Shown in pieces: positions 62,398 to 64,000 of a DNA stretch of 64,000 bases. Made by a program: the position numbers and the translations under genes. The stretch lies in the NCBI GenBank assembly GCA_017617395.1, contig JAFZWG010000028.1, positions 8,192-72,191 on the forward strand. Reading direction: 5' to 3'. Origin of the DNA: Lachnospiraceae bacterium (GTDB taxonomy: Bacteria; Bacillota; Clostridia; Lachnospirales; Lachnospiraceae). Under the pieces are notes generated by a model. The model was not told the DNA's origin. It ran no database searches and saw only the letters and a list, made by a program, of their open reading frames with translations. Numbering within the stretch: position 1 is the first letter of the stretch; each line of letters starts with the position of its first letter.

Positions 62398-63870
62398 ATG
62401 GAGACAAAGGAGACGGAGAAGCTGCAGACGCCGGAGATTCCGGAGGAAGTTGCGGCTGAAGTGCCGGAGCGCACGTTGACGGCGCCCGGAGACACAGAGG
62501 AGCAGGAGCGCGGTCTGGATATCGACGCGGCGCTTGCGCTCGTGGAAGAAAAGAGATATGCGACACTGCGGCAGATGTTGCGCGAGGCGGAGCCCGCGGA
62601 TATCGCCGAGTTGTTCGATGAGCTGCCGAAGCAGCAGTATGCGGTCGTGTTCCGCATCCTGCCCAAAGAGCTTGCGGCGGAAGTGTTTGTAGAGCTTGAC
62701 AGCGATCTGCAGCAGATTCTGATCGAATCGTTCAGTGATCTGGAGTTGCGGAACGTCCTCGAAGAGCTGTACATGGATGATGCGGCCGACCTCGTTGAGG
62801 AGATGCCGGCCAACGTCGTCAAGAGAATTTTGCAAAATGTGACGCCCGAGGCGCGCAAGACGGTCAATGAGCTTTTGAAGTATCCCGAGGACAGTGCGGG
62901 AAGCATCATGACCACCGAGTTTGTGCGCTTGAAGCAGGACATGTCGGTGGACGACGCGATCGCGCTGATCCGCAAGGTTGCCATCGACAAGGAGACCATT
63001 TACACGTGCTACGTGACCGATCGCAACAGCCATCTGATCGGCGTGGTCACCGTCAAGGATCTCCTGTGTGCGCCGCACGATGCGAAGATTGCGGACATCA
63101 TGGAGGACCACGTCATCAGCGTGAACACGCTGGAGGATAAGGAGGACGTGGCGGCGACCATCAGTAAGTACGATGCCCTGGCGCTCCCGGTTGTGGACGC
63201 CGAGAACCGACTGGTCGGTATTGTAACCGTCGATGACGCTATCGATGTCATGCAGGACGAGGCCGAAGAGGACTTCGCGAAGATGAACGCTATGCTCCCT
63301 ACGGAGAAGCCGTATCTTCGAACCAGTCCTTTCGAGTTATACAAATCAAGAATTGTCTGGCTGTTACTGCTCATGGTTTCGGCGACGTTCACCGGAATGA
63401 TCATCGGATCGTTCGAGGACGCGCTGGCGACGCAGGCTGTTTTGACGCTGTTCATCCCGATGCTGATGGACACGGGCGGAAACTCCGGCAGTCAGGCAAG
63501 TGTAACCGTAATCCGCGCATTGTCGCTCGGTGAGATTGAATTTTCCGATGTGATGCGCGTCCTGTGGAAGGAAATCCGCGTTGCCGCTCTATGCGGCGGA
63601 AGCCTTGCCGTGGTCGCGTTCGGAAAGATTTTCCTGGTCGACAAATGGATCATGGGGAAGCCGATTACGGTGCCGATTGCAATTGTCGTATGTCTGACGC
63701 TGATGATGACGGTAATCGCCGCCAAATTCCTTGGCTGCACGTTGCCGCTTTTGGTCAGCAAGCTCGGCTTTGACCCTGCGGTCATGGCCAGCCCGTTCAT
63801 CACGACGATTGTGGATGCGGTTTCTTTGATAGTCTTTTTTGCTCTCGCTACGACGCTGTTGCATCTATAG
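62398..63870 (+). CDS. mgtE: magnesium transporter MgtE
   Basis: ATG at 62398 after SD GGAGGA. It has an N-domain, tandem CBS domains (SIMTTEF..., LPVVDAENRLVGIVTVDD) and a TM domain with the PMLMDTGGN motif. Confidence 0.95.
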   Translation: METKETEKLQTPEIPEEVAAEVPERTLTAPGDTEEQERGLDIDAALALVEEKRYATLRQMLREAEPADIAELFDELPKQQYAVVFRILPKELAAEVFVELDSDLQQILIESFSDLELRNVLEELYMDDAADLVEEMPANVVKRILQNVTPEARKTVNELLKYPEDSAGSIMTTEFVRLKQDMSVDDAIALIRKVAIDKETIYTCYVTDRNSHLIGVVTVKDLLCAPHDAKIADIMEDHVISVNTLEDKEDVAATISKYDALALPVVDAENRLVGIVTVDDAIDVMQDEAEEDFAKMNAMLPTEKPYLRTSPFELYKSRIVWLLLLMVSATFTGMIIGSFEDALATQAVLTLFIPMLMDTGGNSGSQASVTVIRALSLGEIEFSDVMRVLWKEIRVAALCGGSLAVVAFGKIFLVDKWIMGKPITVPIAIVVCLTLMMTVIAAKFLGCTLPLLVSKLGFDPAVMASPFITTIVDAVSLIVFFALATTLLHL

Positions 63871-63913
63871 CGGGAGAGGGGTGTTGCGTTAGCGTATTGA
63901 GAAGGAGTTGGGT

Positions 63914-64000
63914 GTGGAAGATCGGTATGCAAAACTGCATAAGCATTTTCTGATTGTCATGCTGATGGTTACGGCCCTCATCTTGGTCTTCCTTGTGATT
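63914..64000 (+). CDS. 5' end of a membrane-anchored protein (partial, runs off the window)
   Basis: SD GAAGGAG at 63901-07 is followed by TTG at 63908 and GTG at 63914. The open frame to the window end encodes ...KHFLIVMLMVTALILVFLVI. Confidence 0.3.
   Translation, partial: MEDRYAKLHKHFLIVMLMVTALILVFLVI

Overview
This is a GC-rich chromosomal segment (third codon positions are mostly G/C) from a Firmicutes/Clostridia-type bacterium. Supporting markers are HPr kinase, WhiA, a Crh-like HPr, a SCIFF peptide with its radical-SAM maturase, CotH, a CIRCE element and many LxxC lipoproteins.

There are about 55 tightly packed protein genes, nearly all on the + strand, and four tRNA genes: a Pro-CGG / Thr-CGU / Pro-AGG cluster, and Arg-CCG on the - strand.

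Most of the content is housekeeping:
- Glycogen metabolism: glgB and a GlgX-like gene.
- Nitrogen and amino acids: type III glutamine synthetase, asnA, azlCD, hisHF.
- Proteostasis: htpG, ftsH, a cyclophilin.
- DNA repair: uvrC, ung.
- The hprK-glcK-murB-whiA-HPr block.
- Nucleosides: deoC, deoD.
- trpS and mgtE.
- Two OmpR/HK two-component pairs.
- c-di-GMP proteins: an HD-GYP protein and a degenerate GGDEF-EAL protein.
- A small carbohydrate-esterase/GH30 module.

I saw no transposase, integrase, phage genes, CRISPR array or recognisable defence system, and I cannot point to a clear-cut new multi-gene system.

The items most worth a second look are:
1. A GlgX homologue with all GH13 catalytic residues replaced, translationally coupled to a TraX-family membrane protein.
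2. A tRNA-Pro with an A34 (AGG) anticodon.
3. An operon of three divergent lipoprotein serpins, sitting opposite a YhbD-like HTH/bactofilin operon whose consensus promoter carries a repeated perfect palindrome.
4. The SCIFF ranthipeptide locus; its 50-codon precursor is absent from the ORF track.
5. A YbiT-type ABC-F protein whose second ATP site is degenerate, preceded by three large hairpins.
6. A perfect CIRCE element in front of htpG.
7. A 430-nt mgtE leader with no convincing M-box, carrying a terminator-like hairpin and an SD-preceded 40-codon ORF.

The long arginine-rich ORFs antisense to recognised genes are treated as GC-content artefacts.
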